A stretch of DNA of 64,000 nt, taken from Chiloscyllium plagiosum (Eukaryota). The notes under the pieces were generated by a model. It was not told where the DNA came from. It worked only from the letters and a program-made list of their open reading frames with translations, and did no database searches. The stretch spans positions 60,134,137 through 60,198,136 of the forward strand of contig NC_057718.1 in NCBI RefSeq assembly GCF_004010195.1, given 5' to 3'. The translations under genes and the position numbers were made by a program. Each line of letters opens with the position of its first letter. Within the stretch, counting starts at the first letter, position 1. Shown in pieces: positions 12,500 to 24,900 of this stretch.

Positions 12500-12710
12500 T
12501 TTTCGCTGCTGCTGTCTAGAATGTACTGCCTGAAAGGATGGTGTGAGCAAATTCAACAGTTATATTCAAAAGTAAATTGGATAAATGCTTAAAAAAGAAA
12601 GGAATATAAGGCTATGTGGGAAGAGCAGGTAAATGGGATTAATTAGATAGCTCTTTCAAAAAGCCAGCAGAGAATTCTCACCTTCCTGTGTTGCATCATT
12701 TTATCATTCT
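12500..12710 (+). mobile_element. Old CR1 3' end
   Basis: gaatgtactgcctgaaaggatggtg...ttcaaaagtaaattggataaatgctt...gctctttcaaaaagccagca. Confidence 0.6.
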
Positions 12711-14077
12711 AATTTGAACTCATTGAATAAAGGCAAATAGTGTGACTATTCAGAGAATGTAATCTCATATTCTTCCAGTTTTACACTTATCACCAGCTAG
12801 CGTGACAAAGTTAAACTTAAGAATTTCCAGTTGGTCCTTCTGGAATACTTATACTAATTTCTCATCTTTTTTTTCTGGTCAGTGGGGAGCTGATGGTGCA
12901 GATGGCTCACTTGTAACATTTAATTAGTATTCAAAAAGTGCTGAATTAAAATTTTACATGTAACCAGAAGTAAAATAACTCCCGTATTTCCTCTTATTTC
13001 TGCCAACGCCATAAGTTTATTTTGATCTGTTTAAAATTTTAAATGATATTTTTCGTACATATTAGTGTGAATCCAACAGCATATGTCAAATTGTGGGTTG
13101 TTTCATAATGATAACAATGTTATATAATGATTGGAGTGTTTATATTCTGATGTCTACTTTTAATGAGTGTACTTTGAGGAAAGTTTTCCAATGGTAAGTT
13201 GGAGCTTTGTGAAAATGCATGCTTCCCTTTCAGGCCAGAATGTGTATTTTGCTGAGAGAGTCAGGGCCAGTCACTGACTTGTTGCACATGGAAATTATTT
13301 TATGCAAATTGGCTGTCTCTAGTAAACTCATGGTTGTTCCCCATGAGGTTAGTGGAAAACAACAGAAAATTATTGTTCTTCTTTTCTTTAATGCACGTTT
13401 AAGATTCATCAAATAGTGATTTGTTGCTATTTGAAATGTGAACCATTCAGATGTTAAAGTGACATAAAATCTACCCATGTGACACTTCAGTAATACCACA
13501 TTGACAGGCAAAAGACTGATGTGAAGAAATTCAGGCAGGGAATAGTTTTATTACCCACATGCCATCTAAATGCCTATGCTGGGATATTCTGCTAATCTGG
13601 TGAATATGTGACAAGATGGCATTATTTCATAGGGAAACTGAAAATTAACTAGTTACTTTACATGTGATCAAGTTAACCAAAGTGACACATTCACGTGTAT
13701 ATAAAGTTATTTTCTTGCAATGGCGCAACCACAAGCCTCCTCCACCACTCAGGTCGACAGCAGTATTAGAATTCGCCAGTCCCAGATGTAGGTCTCGTCA
13801 GCTTGCAAACTCACACAGGGGACCGGATGGACCATGCCATGTCAGAAATAAGCCTTAAATGCAGATAAAGTCAGATCTTGTCTCCTAACAGAGCCAGGAA
13901 AAAAATACTTGTTGAATGAACATGCCAACCTAGTACCCCAGGAGCTGCTGAGCATTATAAAGCTGCTGCCACTATCCTCTTTCAACATAAGGAACTACAG
14001 AACTTGTTTATAGAGCTAGTGTGGTAGAGAAAAAATAAATACTTCCAGGTCTAATTAGAACATTCCTTCATTAGGTA

Positions 14078-14196
14078 GCTGATGAAGGAGTAGTGTTCCG
14101 AAAGCTAGTGCTTCCAAATAAACCTGTTGGACTGTAACCTGCTGTTTTGTGACTTTTAACTTTATCCACCCCAGTCCAACACTGCCTCTTCCACAT
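14078..14196 (+). mobile_element. Short Penelope-type element, family A, with hammerhead-like core
   Basis: ctgatgaaggagtagtgttccgaaagctagtgctt followed by aataaacctgttggactgtaacctg...ccccagtccaacac; homologous to 18048-18203. Confidence 0.7.
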
Positions 14197-15214
14197 TCAG
14201 TGTTCATAGCCATGGAAAACATTTCTGTTAGTCCAATATTGTCGCAGATTGCCATATTTTTGAGATTAGGAAATTTTATGTTCAGGTTCTGCCTTGAGGC
14301 CACTGAGCCCCATGAGATATATTACTGGCTGCAGTTTGACTAGTTCCTTGACAGGTTGGTCCTTAACTTTATTTAGTTTAACTCCTTCCACCATTTTAAG
14401 GCAATTTGAGGTTTAGACTTACCTTTCCTAGTGTGAGACTGAATTCTTGATTGTGGATTGTGTATATGTTTTCTATTATTTACTGGTCCCTATATCAGAG
14501 AGTTGCTTGTGGCATACCTTTAATCTTAAGTGCTATGCCTCCTGAACCATATAGTTACATTGTTGTCAGCTGTAGACTAATAGCTTAACAATGGCTCATT
14601 ATCTGATAATATAATGATACACACAGGGTCAAACTTTAAATTTGTGAGTTGACCATTGACATAGCAATCAGTTTGCCATATTGTAAGGTCAGGATTACCT
14701 ATTTCCCAAAGCAACGTGTTAGGTTTTTTTTTCTATTATTGATAATTGCATTTCATTAATTTTTTTTGTGAATTGCTGTTTGATTTCCTCCTTTCCAGAA
14801 ACTGTATTCCACTTCTACGTACTTTATGGAAGTGATTTCCTGTGTGATAGTTAAAGCAAATACTTTTAAAAGCTGGGAAATGTCTATGCCTGTGAGGTGT
14901 CTGTACTCCACAGTGCTGACAAGAATTGCACTGTTTTCTTATAAGCAACATTTTTGATTTTATGCCTTAAAAGCCAAGTAAACAGTCTTGATCTCCGGTG
15001 CTAACTTTATCCCCCTGGGATTCTTCCAGACTTCTGCTTCACTCACCAGCTGAATAGCTTTTTTTCTGGAGTTAGCCCTTCTTTGGGCTCTAATATATCT
15101 GACAAAGGGCCATCTGCAATTCACTCAGCAATTCTGTCTCTAACGAAATCTGACTTCAAGTCACCTTGGTCGTTTGGCCCCAAAAATCTGTAGATGTCCT
15201 AAACAAAATCAAAA

Positions 15215-15590
15215 ATGGATTTATAAGATTCTGAGATATCTTGACAGGGTAGACATGGTGAAGGTATTTTCTCTGATGGGAGAATCTAGAATTGGGGGTT
15301 AAATTTTAGAAATCTGGAGTCATCCTTTTAAACAGAGATGTACAACAGTTTCTTTCACAATGAACTGAAAGTTTTTGGAACTCTGTTCCCAAAAAGTGGA
15401 AATACAGTCTTTGAATATGGCAGATGTAGATAGATTTTTGGGAAGCATGGGCATGAAAGATTATCAGGGGTAGGCACAGATGTGGATTTGAGACTGTAGT
15501 GAGATTAGCCATGATCTTATTTAATAGCAAAAGAAACTCAAGGAGCCGAGTGGTCTGCATCTGCTCCTTATTCACACGTTTGTATATGTG
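15215..15590 (+). mobile_element. CR1 3' fragment
   Basis: tataagattctgag...ttgacagggtagac...gggagaatctagaattgggg...agccatgatcttatt. Confidence 0.7.
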
Positions 15591-15889
15591 TGTCTCTTCT
15601 AAAAGCTAATGTCTTTTATTAGACATTGCAGTTCAAGAATTGATTAGTTCTGAGAGCAAAATAATTGCCAAAGGCTCTCAGTATTTCAAAGTATCTGTTG
15701 CTTCTTTTAGCCCTTCAGAAACAATTACATCATTAGTGTACAAAAGTGTATTAAGTTATTAAACCTTCAATTCAGTATTTATATTGGAAGTTATTCTGCA
15801 TCTCAGGAATTATTTTATCAAGATGTTCAATAGTTTGTTCTATTTGGCCCATCTCTGAAATGAACTCTTCCTAATTTTTATGATGTTAC

Positions 15890-16487
15890 TGTTATGGACC
15901 AGACCAAACCTTTTCAAAATTTATCGACTCAAATTCTTCTTATTCTGAAGGCAAGTATAAGGCATTGTGTTCCAGTTGCAATTAGATTAGTCAAACTACC
16001 AGGCTTGAAGCAAGATAGACTTTGTTCTTATACTATATTAAAAATACAAACAAAAGAAAGAAGAATTGGAATAACTTAACTCTACCAGAAAACTTAACAT
16101 AATAATAGATAATTTAACTACTAAACAGCAATTGTTCTGATATAGTAACATCCCATAAACACATCTTTAGTAAAGGCAAATTCAGTAAAATAGATTGTCT
16201 CATGTGAAATTCTCGCAGCAGGAAGAGAGCCATAGCTTTTAGCTGTAACTGGAGGAGGGATAACATGCAGCCTCAAGACCTGAGCAATTACTGAAAGCTA
16301 AAACTAAAATCCTGATTCGATGAGAGTTTGACCCCATCCATTCATGCTGCTCCTATTGTTCTAACTTAAAAAACAAACAAAGTTAGCTGGGCTCAGAGCA
16401 GACATCTTGGCTCCATGTTTACAACAAACATCTGCTTTCAAAACAAAATGACAGAACAAAACCTTCTTAAAGGCAGATCTCATAATA
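15890..16487. mobile_element. Solo LTR (598 bp) with 5-bp TSD
   Basis: Inverted termini TGTTATG...CATAATA; exact GTTAC at 15885-15889 and 16488-16492; same family as 6324-9375 in the opposite orientation. Confidence 0.8.
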
Positions 16488-17970
16488 GTTACTCTTTTAA
16501 AAATGATATTATATTCTGTCCTTGTTTAAAATACTTTTACTCTGCAATATAAATATTGTTCTATTGTCCTTTATTGCAGTATTGGAGGATTTTCCCACAA
16601 GTTGCAGCTAAAGTGGAAGGTTTGAACCTTTCTAAGGTTTAATGGCAAATTCGTGCCTTCCTTGTAGTATCTTGTAACTGCAATTGGTGACTTTGCATAT
16701 TGATTCCTGTTTTTATAAGGCTTTACTCATTATTTAAATAAGTGAATCCTGCCTTTATCAAGAAGGTAGGACCTCCCAATCTTTTTACCTTTTCATTTTC
16801 CATTGGATCCTGGTGTTGTACTGTCCTTGACCACACCTGACTTCAGTGTCCTGCACTGGACAAAGTTTTGCTCACCACTTTGTGGCTGCTGACCTCTCAA
16901 GTGACCTCCAGCATTGACTGCTTAGTTTGTCTTGCACAGCCTTCAATTAGATGTCACACATTGATCACTAGTAGGGTCTGGACCAAGAAATGAGCCCTAG
17001 GAATTTGGCAAAATCCAGCTCACTATGTCAGTGAAGGTAAGGGGATTAACATCAGAAATATACAACATGATGATGATAAATTAATTATGCCAACATCTGG
17101 TGAGTAAGTAAGGTTTTTGGAAGAGAGCAAACATCATATAGAGGCAATAAATATCAAGCTATAGATTAGGTGGTTCTTGCCTGAAACAGAATTATGCACC
17201 ATACTTTTGATCGATTAAAGAGTCCTAAACTCAGAATGCATCGCAATAGAAGGTAGACAGCAGAAAAGGGAAAATCAAGTTGCAGCAATTGAAGAGGTTA
17301 GCAAGACAAAACCAAAGTTTTGAACATTCACCAGGATGGCAGGAACATTACGGGAGAGGAATCTGCAGCAGTAAAGAGCTCAAAAACAGACCCAGTGTCC
17401 AATCACCGATGAGCAAGACCATTAGCTAAAAGGAATGAGGCAGATACAGTAGCAAATATGACAACATTGCCAGAGCTCAGACAAACATGGACTGCAATCT
17501 AGTCCTCCTGGAAACACTCCAAGCTATCACAAGGCCTCAGCAGGTCTAGGAATGAGAAAACTGGTAGAAGAGACCAGAAAGACTAGGTCACTATATTACT
17601 TATGCACCAACAAGGCTGGTATTCTTGAGAATGCATGTGCTATTGTTTGGTGCATATTTAGTGACCAAGTCAAGAAGATGGTGTTTACCTACAGTAATAG
17701 TGCCAAAGCCAAAACGCTCTATCAAAATATGCACACACCTAATTCATGAAAGAAAGCATTGGAATGTGAGTTCTATCCAACGATCTCAGTGGATGAAAGC
17801 CTGGCAAACCAAACTGTAGCACTCTTTACTAACCAGTATATTCTGGTAATTACCCTTGGGGGAACAATTCAGATTACTGACTATATTTATACACTCTTTG
17901 GATATGATTGTATTAATAGATTATCCTTTGAACTTGTGTTTTCTCTGGAGAATTTTCAGAAAATGATTTC

Positions 17971-18470
17971 CAACTCATTAGAAGACATTGATGGTGTATT
18001 ATTCCACATGGACAACATACCAGATCTACAAATATAACATTATCAAAATTTAGAGATGCCGGTGTTGGACTGGGGTGTACAAAGTTAAAAATCACACAAC
18101 ACCAGGTTAGCGTCCACTATCACCTGATGAAGGAGCGTCGCTCCGAAAGCTAGTGTGCTTTCAATTAAATCTGTTGGAATATAACCTGGTGTTGTGTGAT
18201 TTTTAACATTATCAAAGCAACAACTCATTAGAAGACATTGATGGTGTATTATTCCACATGGACAACATACCAGATCTACAAATATAACATTATCAAAATT
18301 TAGAGATGCCGGTGTTGGACTGGGGTGTACAAAGTTAAAAATCACACAACACCAGGTTAGCGTCCACTATCACTGATGAAAGCTAGTGTGCTCCGAAAGC
18401 TAGTGTGCTTTCAATTAAATCTGTTGGACTATAACCTGGTGTTGTGTGATTTTTAACATTATCAAAGCAA
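17971..18470 (+). repeat. 250-bp tandem duplication (17971-18220 / 18221-18470)
   Basis: Two near-identical units starting caactcattagaagac; they differ mainly in the ctgatga-gaaa segment. Confidence 0.95.
18048..18203. mobile_element. Fold-back family A element with hammerhead-like core (second copy at 18298-18453)
   Basis: 13-bp TSD taacattatcaaa (18035-18047 / 18204-18216); 26-bp perfect IR 18084-18109 / 18182-18207; CTGATGA-A-GGAGC-gtc-GCTCC-GAAA at 18124-18148. Confidence 0.8.
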
Positions 18471-20419
18471 CAGAACAGTCATTAGAGTCATATAGTCTGC
18501 AAAATCCATGATTAATTTTCTTATTCAATTTTCAAGCCATTAGAATCACAGTTCATTCTCAAAATATAAAGTTTAAGAATTGTTCCATCACCCAGGAATG
18601 TTATAGAATTTCAAAGATTTGGTGAACCAAACAGGCAAGTTTCTTCAAACTTTGACAGAGCTCAATAACCCTATGAAACAACTTTTAAGACAGGGTCAAC
18701 ATTGGTGCTGGAGCTTGCACTATCAAGACACTGTTGAAAAGATTAACTAATTCCAAATCTATCCAGAAATCTTAATACAATAGAAGCTACATTTACAACC
18801 TGTAGTCATGACAGATATGTCATGCATAAGACTGTGGGTGATAGTATTCCAAGTGCAGAAAGATCACAGCTGTAGGTTAGTTTACTATACCTCTAGGTCA
18901 CTAACAGACAGAACAATGCGATGTTGTGATAGAGAAAGAAGTGTTTGCAGGAACTTTGGTATGTGAAAACCTTTCAGGTTTTGTATTGGGATTACCATTC
19001 AAAATTAATGCAGACTGGAAACCATTTACCACACTTCTGAACATTAAAGAAATTGCTAAAATGCCAACCAGATTTCAATGGTTCAGATTGAGAGTCATGA
19101 ATTCAGCTGCCAAATATCTACAATTAAAGTACCAAACAAAAGTACTAAATACTCTCAAGCATATCTTCAACTGGAGCTGAACAGAAGGACTGAGATTTCA
19201 TCAAGGAGTTTGAAGCCTCCAAATCTTCAATCATTCAAAACTTAGCAATGTCTGAAAGAAAGCTGTGAGTTATAAGATGAGCCCAAGAATATGATGAAAA
19301 ATGTTTTCAATCCAGAAATATTGTCTGGAGCAAAAGCAAGGATATGTATCCATCAATCTGATATGATGCCAACATTTTGAGGCTCCTCACTGCCATTAAT
19401 AATTTAATTGCCTTTAACAAGAGATTAGTTATTTTGACAGCATTTGGCTTGGTGCTCTTCAAATTTGGAGATTACAATGAATTATGTGAGGATACAGCAA
19501 TCAGTCTGGTGATTAGGGAGCACCTGCTATAGAAGAAGTGATTACTAACTACGTTCCTAAAATAGCCAGATCAAAAATAATTGCTTTTACCTTTTTTTGG
19601 TTTCTATTAAGGCCATCAGCATTTCTGGCAATGTATTTATTTGTGGTCAAAGGATAACCTTCCTTCTGGTTATTAATTAATGTTCAAGATGGATTGAAGT
19701 TAGCAGCAGATATAGTTTTCTGAAGCTTCAAAAGAATTTATTGAATAGTTGGGATCCTGGGTATTATATTGTCAAACAATGAACTATAATTTATAAATGC
19801 GCAATTTTAAAATATAGCATCTGACTAGGACTTCATTCATATTACAAGTTTATCTTGCTGTCCTCAAGTAAATGAAGAAGTGAAGAAAGGGATGTAAACA
19901 ATGAAACCTTATTGAAGAAGAATGAAGATCACAATATTTGTCTCTTGAGATATTGATCTTCATTATTAGAGAGCAGGTTATCACCTTCAGAATTACCGAT
20001 AGTTGGGCGATTGAGAACACAAAAGAACAAAATAAAGAGGAAAGAGACGACAAGATTCGAATGTCAATAATAGGCACAGCACATATGAGTTACCAGAGCT
20101 TGATGAGACTGTTTGGACTGGTTAGACTGTTTGAATAAGAGATCAATAGAAAGAAGGTGCAATTATTGAGATAAAAAACAGTGATGAATATGTTGAGACA
20201 GAACATGGTTTAACAAGGAAAATTCATAATGCACGAATATGATTAAAGAGAAGGAGCAGATAAAACTTGAACATAATCCTCCTTAGAAGAAAGATTTATA
20301 CGAGCTCTACAGCCACCCAGAAGAAGAAACCTCATGCCAGTAGACAAGGGAGTACCGAACATCCTCAAAGTCAAAATGAGATCAGAACTAGACCAGGACT
20401 AAACGATTTTCAGCAGCAT

Positions 20420-20690
20420 CAGTAACCAGAGGCCATAGATTTAAGCTGAAAGATGAAAGAAACAGAGGCAACATTTTTTTTAAATGCACCAGTTTAATGT
20501 GACCTGGAATACATGACCTGAGAATGTGGCCAGGCAGATTCAATAGCAGCTTGCAAAAGGGAACTGGGGAATTATTAGCAGAGAGAAACATTACATGAGA
20601 AAGAGTAATGGAATTGGCTTCATTACGCCATTCTTTCAAAAAACGATAAAGGCACAAAAGTGCTCTTTCTGTATCATCCTATGACTCAAT
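20420..20690 (+). mobile_element. Old CR1 3' end
   Basis: accagaggccatagatttaag (TRGHRFK) through cctatgactc. Confidence 0.65.
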
Positions 20691-23369
20691 GCTAATATAT
20701 AAAATAGATCAGCAAATGGCAGACAGAAATGATTTACTCTGCACCAGAAGTAGACTGAAACCATTATTATGGTATTGTTGGCATCAGTAATGTTTTATGC
20801 ATTATTGATAATATTGATATCCATAAATCTGAAAAAATGAGAAGTTGAAAATAGTGCTGGGAAGTTTAAAGTTTTTCTTCATTGGCTGTCTAAAAATGAT
20901 CATTATATAAGACTTTGCATAAAGTTGCTAATTCTTCTGGGCTTATTTTATACTTTGACTGTTTGGTGGTTGCAGGAGAGCATATGGATGAAATACATTA
21001 ATGCATGACTGGTGTAGGCTGTGATTAAAGTGTAATTGAGGGATGAAGCAATTTCGTTTTATCAGAGTATTTTGTTTGGGCTTAAGGAGTAATTGTCCTG
21101 CTTACATTAACTCATTAACTGGCCTTGTTAGATAGGAATACATTTTTCCCCCGACTTCATGTGAGTAGGTGCTTTTGTATTTTCCCCTCTCCTGTGCACT
21201 TCCTTTAGTCCATTATCAATTCCTGGGTTTTTACCCCATTAAAACTGACTGCATTAATTCCAATGATTTTGGAGTAACTTGTTTTGTGAATGTTTTGTCT
21301 ATGAACCCCATAGTTATATATTGCAAGTTGTTCAAATAGACCTACTTCAAACTCTTTATATAAACATGTATAAGAGTGAAGGGAGCTGTATTGTTCTATG
21401 TTCTATGTTCTATGAAATAGCAGAATGCAAGGCTGAAATGAACATATAAACATGAAGTATCAAGTGACATTCTCGTGGCCAGACACAGATAGGTTTGATT
21501 GTTGTCACATTTATTCTTTTACTCATATATATTTCCTCTCTCATTCCAGTGGCTTGAATTAAGATGTCTATTGATTTGCAAATAAAAGAAAGATTTATTG
21601 TACAGCATTTTCAGTCACAGCTATTTTTCAGTGCTTTTTAACACTGAGACAGATGGAAATGGTCTGTCTCTAAGAAGTATGCTTTACAGTGTTATTTTGA
21701 TTCCTTTTCCAGTTCAATGTTTGAAGGTAGGTTCTTGGTGATTTTTCACTAACCATGGGAAAATTCTATGTTGTTTTTTTTCACAATAGGTAAAGCAAGA
21801 AGGAAGGCCCAGGTCTATCTCAGCCAGAGGAGGTATTGAAAATTGCCCTGTTGGCAGATCCACACATTAGTCATCCAACCACCCATGTAATCAGTCCTTT
21901 TTTACTTCACAGATTAATGCAAATACAAAAGGACAAGTTTTTAAAAAATTCTTATAGTTCATACAACTCAACAATTGAAGAGATGAGTTAGTATGTGGCT
22001 GTGACTTTCATTACTTTAATGCATATGTATTGGGTAATGACATTTGATTAAGGTCACAGATAACCACAAAACAATAGCCCTTGAATATTGATTAGGATCA
22101 TATTGATGATTATGTCACACAGCAATGGGGTTAACTTATTTTTAATTTGAAATTAATGTGTCACTAATTTCTTAATCTAGCATTCAACAGACAACATAAC
22201 TGTACTTACATCCAGAAGAATTGAAAAGGATACATAAAAATAATGTGCAAAAGATTTTTGAGCCACTTTACTACACACATAACTAATCTGCTGACCAAGA
22301 AAAAAGTCACCTATGAGCTGTCTCCAGTGCAAAGTAATTTCAAGGCTTCTTATCTGTTAAATTATGTAATTGAAATGTCATTCATTCCTCTGATCATGGC
22401 TTTAACTGAAATATCTTAGGGAACTGTGCAAATTGCAAATAAAGTACTAATTCACATTTGAGCAGTCTTTCAGTTCATTTGTTAAAAATGTAGCAAATTG
22501 CAGTGATTGGGCAAAAGGTACTTTATCACAAAATGATAGAATGGTCACAGTTCTGAAAGCAGCCATTTGGTCAATCATGAATGTGCTACCTATTGGTGAG
22601 AACCACTCACCGAGTCCTTCGTTTCCACTTTTTCTCAATAGCAATGTAAATATTTTCTCTTCAGATAATAGCCTAATTTTCTTTTTGAAATCAGTATTTT
22701 GAGAGTATAACACTGTCAAAGAATTAATATTGTGAAATATGTTAAGCACCACACACTAAGAAGTTGGCATATACACTAGTGGGCAAAACATCTTATGTTC
22801 ATGAAAGAGGGAGAGCTAATATCCAGGTTCTCCTTACAGTGTTTGTAACCAAAGCTTTAATTTTCTGCTGACCTGACTGTCATTACGTTAGTGCAGAAAT
22901 GCCCTTCGTAGCACACTGCAAAGGAATAAGACCAGGAAATTTAATTTTCTGATGGGCAATTCTTCAAAGACTGGACCCTCTGAGAATTTCCATTTCCATC
23001 TGGGACTTCTGAGGATTCCAATGAAATTAAGCAAAATTGTTACCCAGGAAATATTTGACCATTGAATATGTTGATTGAATTTACTGAGAACTACCAGCCC
23101 CGTCAGATTGCTACTCCAGTGCTTTCTTTTATGAAGAAGGCAGCTCCATATTTCTGAGAGAAAATTTTGATCAGTGTTCCCACAAAGAAGTGGAGCTGAA
23201 CTTCTATTCTGACAGCTCCTTCACTTTGCAGAACTGTCAGAGGTAGGTGACCCATGTCCTCTTTTCACAACAGTCAGCTGCCGTATTCTGATATTTAAAG
23301 TTCCTGACAGCAATTTTGACAGCTGCTGTCAAATTATCAAAGTACATAAGTCAAATGTGATAGTAGAGT

Positions 23370-24900
23370 GATAGGATGGTAGGGTGCCACCATGGATAGA
23401 GAAAATCCAACATGTAAAGCCATACAGAGTAGTAGAACTTGTTACTATTATAACACAAATGTTTTCTAAGTAAGGCAAGTAAATAATTATACCAGGAAGA
23501 TACTAGGAGGAATGGAAACACTGGTGCCAGAGAGATTTTCTTTCCCGAATAGACCAAATAGAACACAGAGCTGCATATAATAAAGAAAACAATGCAAAAG
23601 ATGTAGAGTAGCTTCTAAATGAGATAGTAAACCAGAAGCTGATCAAATAAATATACTTTTATATATACAACTGACAGGATAGATGATGATATCAGCATTG
23701 ATAACATATCAGTACTGAAAACACGGGACAATTATTTTAATCTGAGAACAAATAACCTTCTTAAAAGAAAAAAAAGAACAGCATTCAGGACAATCCATAA
23801 ATAATTTCATTGATGATCTCTTCAGATTACTGGAGAAATGTGGCTGTAGTGATTTAAGATCTGAATTTGTAAAAGACTGATTTGTTTCAATTGCTGATGA
23901 GTCTTTCTCAGATTTATAATGGTCTAATGAAAACTTTAGTACGGAGAGTAAAAAAAACAGACTATGAGTACAGCAAAAGTCTAGACGCAGAACAATCCAA
24001 AGATCAATCAGAAGGGGAGAAGATCAATCTTGGTGTAGGAGATCAGCTGAATCCATTCAGTTTTTAAGTTGCAAAATTGCAAAAGACCCATGTGACAAAT
24101 CAATACAGTGAGTAGGACAGACATCAAGTAGTAAAATCCACCATCAGTGCTGTAAAGCTTCGTAGGAACAGGCAGTATCTAGATATTAAAAGTGAATGTT
24201 TTATTTGTAACACAACAGGTCACTTTCAGAAAATGTATCCAGGTAGAGCACAATCGTAGAAAACAAGCAGTCTAATAGCTACCCACTAGGTAAAAACAAT
24301 GACTGCAGATGCTGGAAACCAGATTCTGGATTAGTGGTGCTGGAAGAGCACAGCGGTTCAGGCAGTATCCAAGGAGCAGCGAAATTGACGTTTCGGGCAA
24401 TGCTCCTCGAATGCTGCCTGAACTGCTGTGCTCTTCCAGCACCACTAATCCAGAACCTAATAGCTACCCACACAAAGAGATTGATGAGACAAAATAATCT
24501 ACAATAGCAGAAAAACCTAATATATTTATAAAGAAAATAAGTCATCCAGAATGAGCTTTTTGGCAAAAGGATATTTGTGTCAATGGAGATCTCATGAATT
24601 TCAAGTTAAACTGGGAACAGATATCGCTTTCTGATCAGGTAGTGAATCATGTTTGAAGGAACAATATTTACAAACAACCAAAGTGCAACTACCTGATCCA
24701 GGAAGTATAAGACTTAAAATTAAAGATAAGCTAAAAGCAATTTTGCGTCATAAGGGACAGGCACTTCACAAAAAAATTCTAACACTTGGATATAAATGTG
24801 TGTATATCCCATTGAGCTAACTAACATTTTTTTATTGATGTAACACAAGACAACTTGGTGAATAAGCAGTAAGAACAGATTCAGAATTTTAGATGCTAAA
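23370..24900 (+). mobile_element. Decayed Ty3/Gypsy gag-protease remnant
   Basis: KPEADQINILLY; FIDDLFRLLEKCGCSDLRSEFVKD; zinc knuckle-like ECFICNTTGHFQKMY near 24195-24240; decayed NFKLxTG protease-like motif near 24597. Confidence 0.6.
24287..24456. mobile_element. Fold-back family B element (Penelope-type; only the 3' half of the hammerhead retained)
   Basis: 15-bp TSD ctaatagctacccac (24272-24286 / 24457-24471); ~45-bp IR arms 24324-24368 / 24411-24455; minus-strand gcccgaaacgtc. Confidence 0.85.

Larger units (their letters stand above)
17650..20400 (+). mobile_element. Highly decayed Ty3/Gypsy pol (RT, RNase H, probable integrase)
   Basis: VIVPKPKRSIKIC; EFYPTISVDESLA; FGYDCINRLSF...ENFQKMISNSLEDIDGVLFHMDNI (RT); IEKEVFAGTLVCE...FKINADWKPF...MPTRFQWFRLRVM (RNase H). 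Confidence 0.8.

Noticed and set aside
17971..18470. CRISPR-like repeat array
   Set aside because: Only two 250-bp units with no unique spacers and no cas genes, in a vertebrate context.
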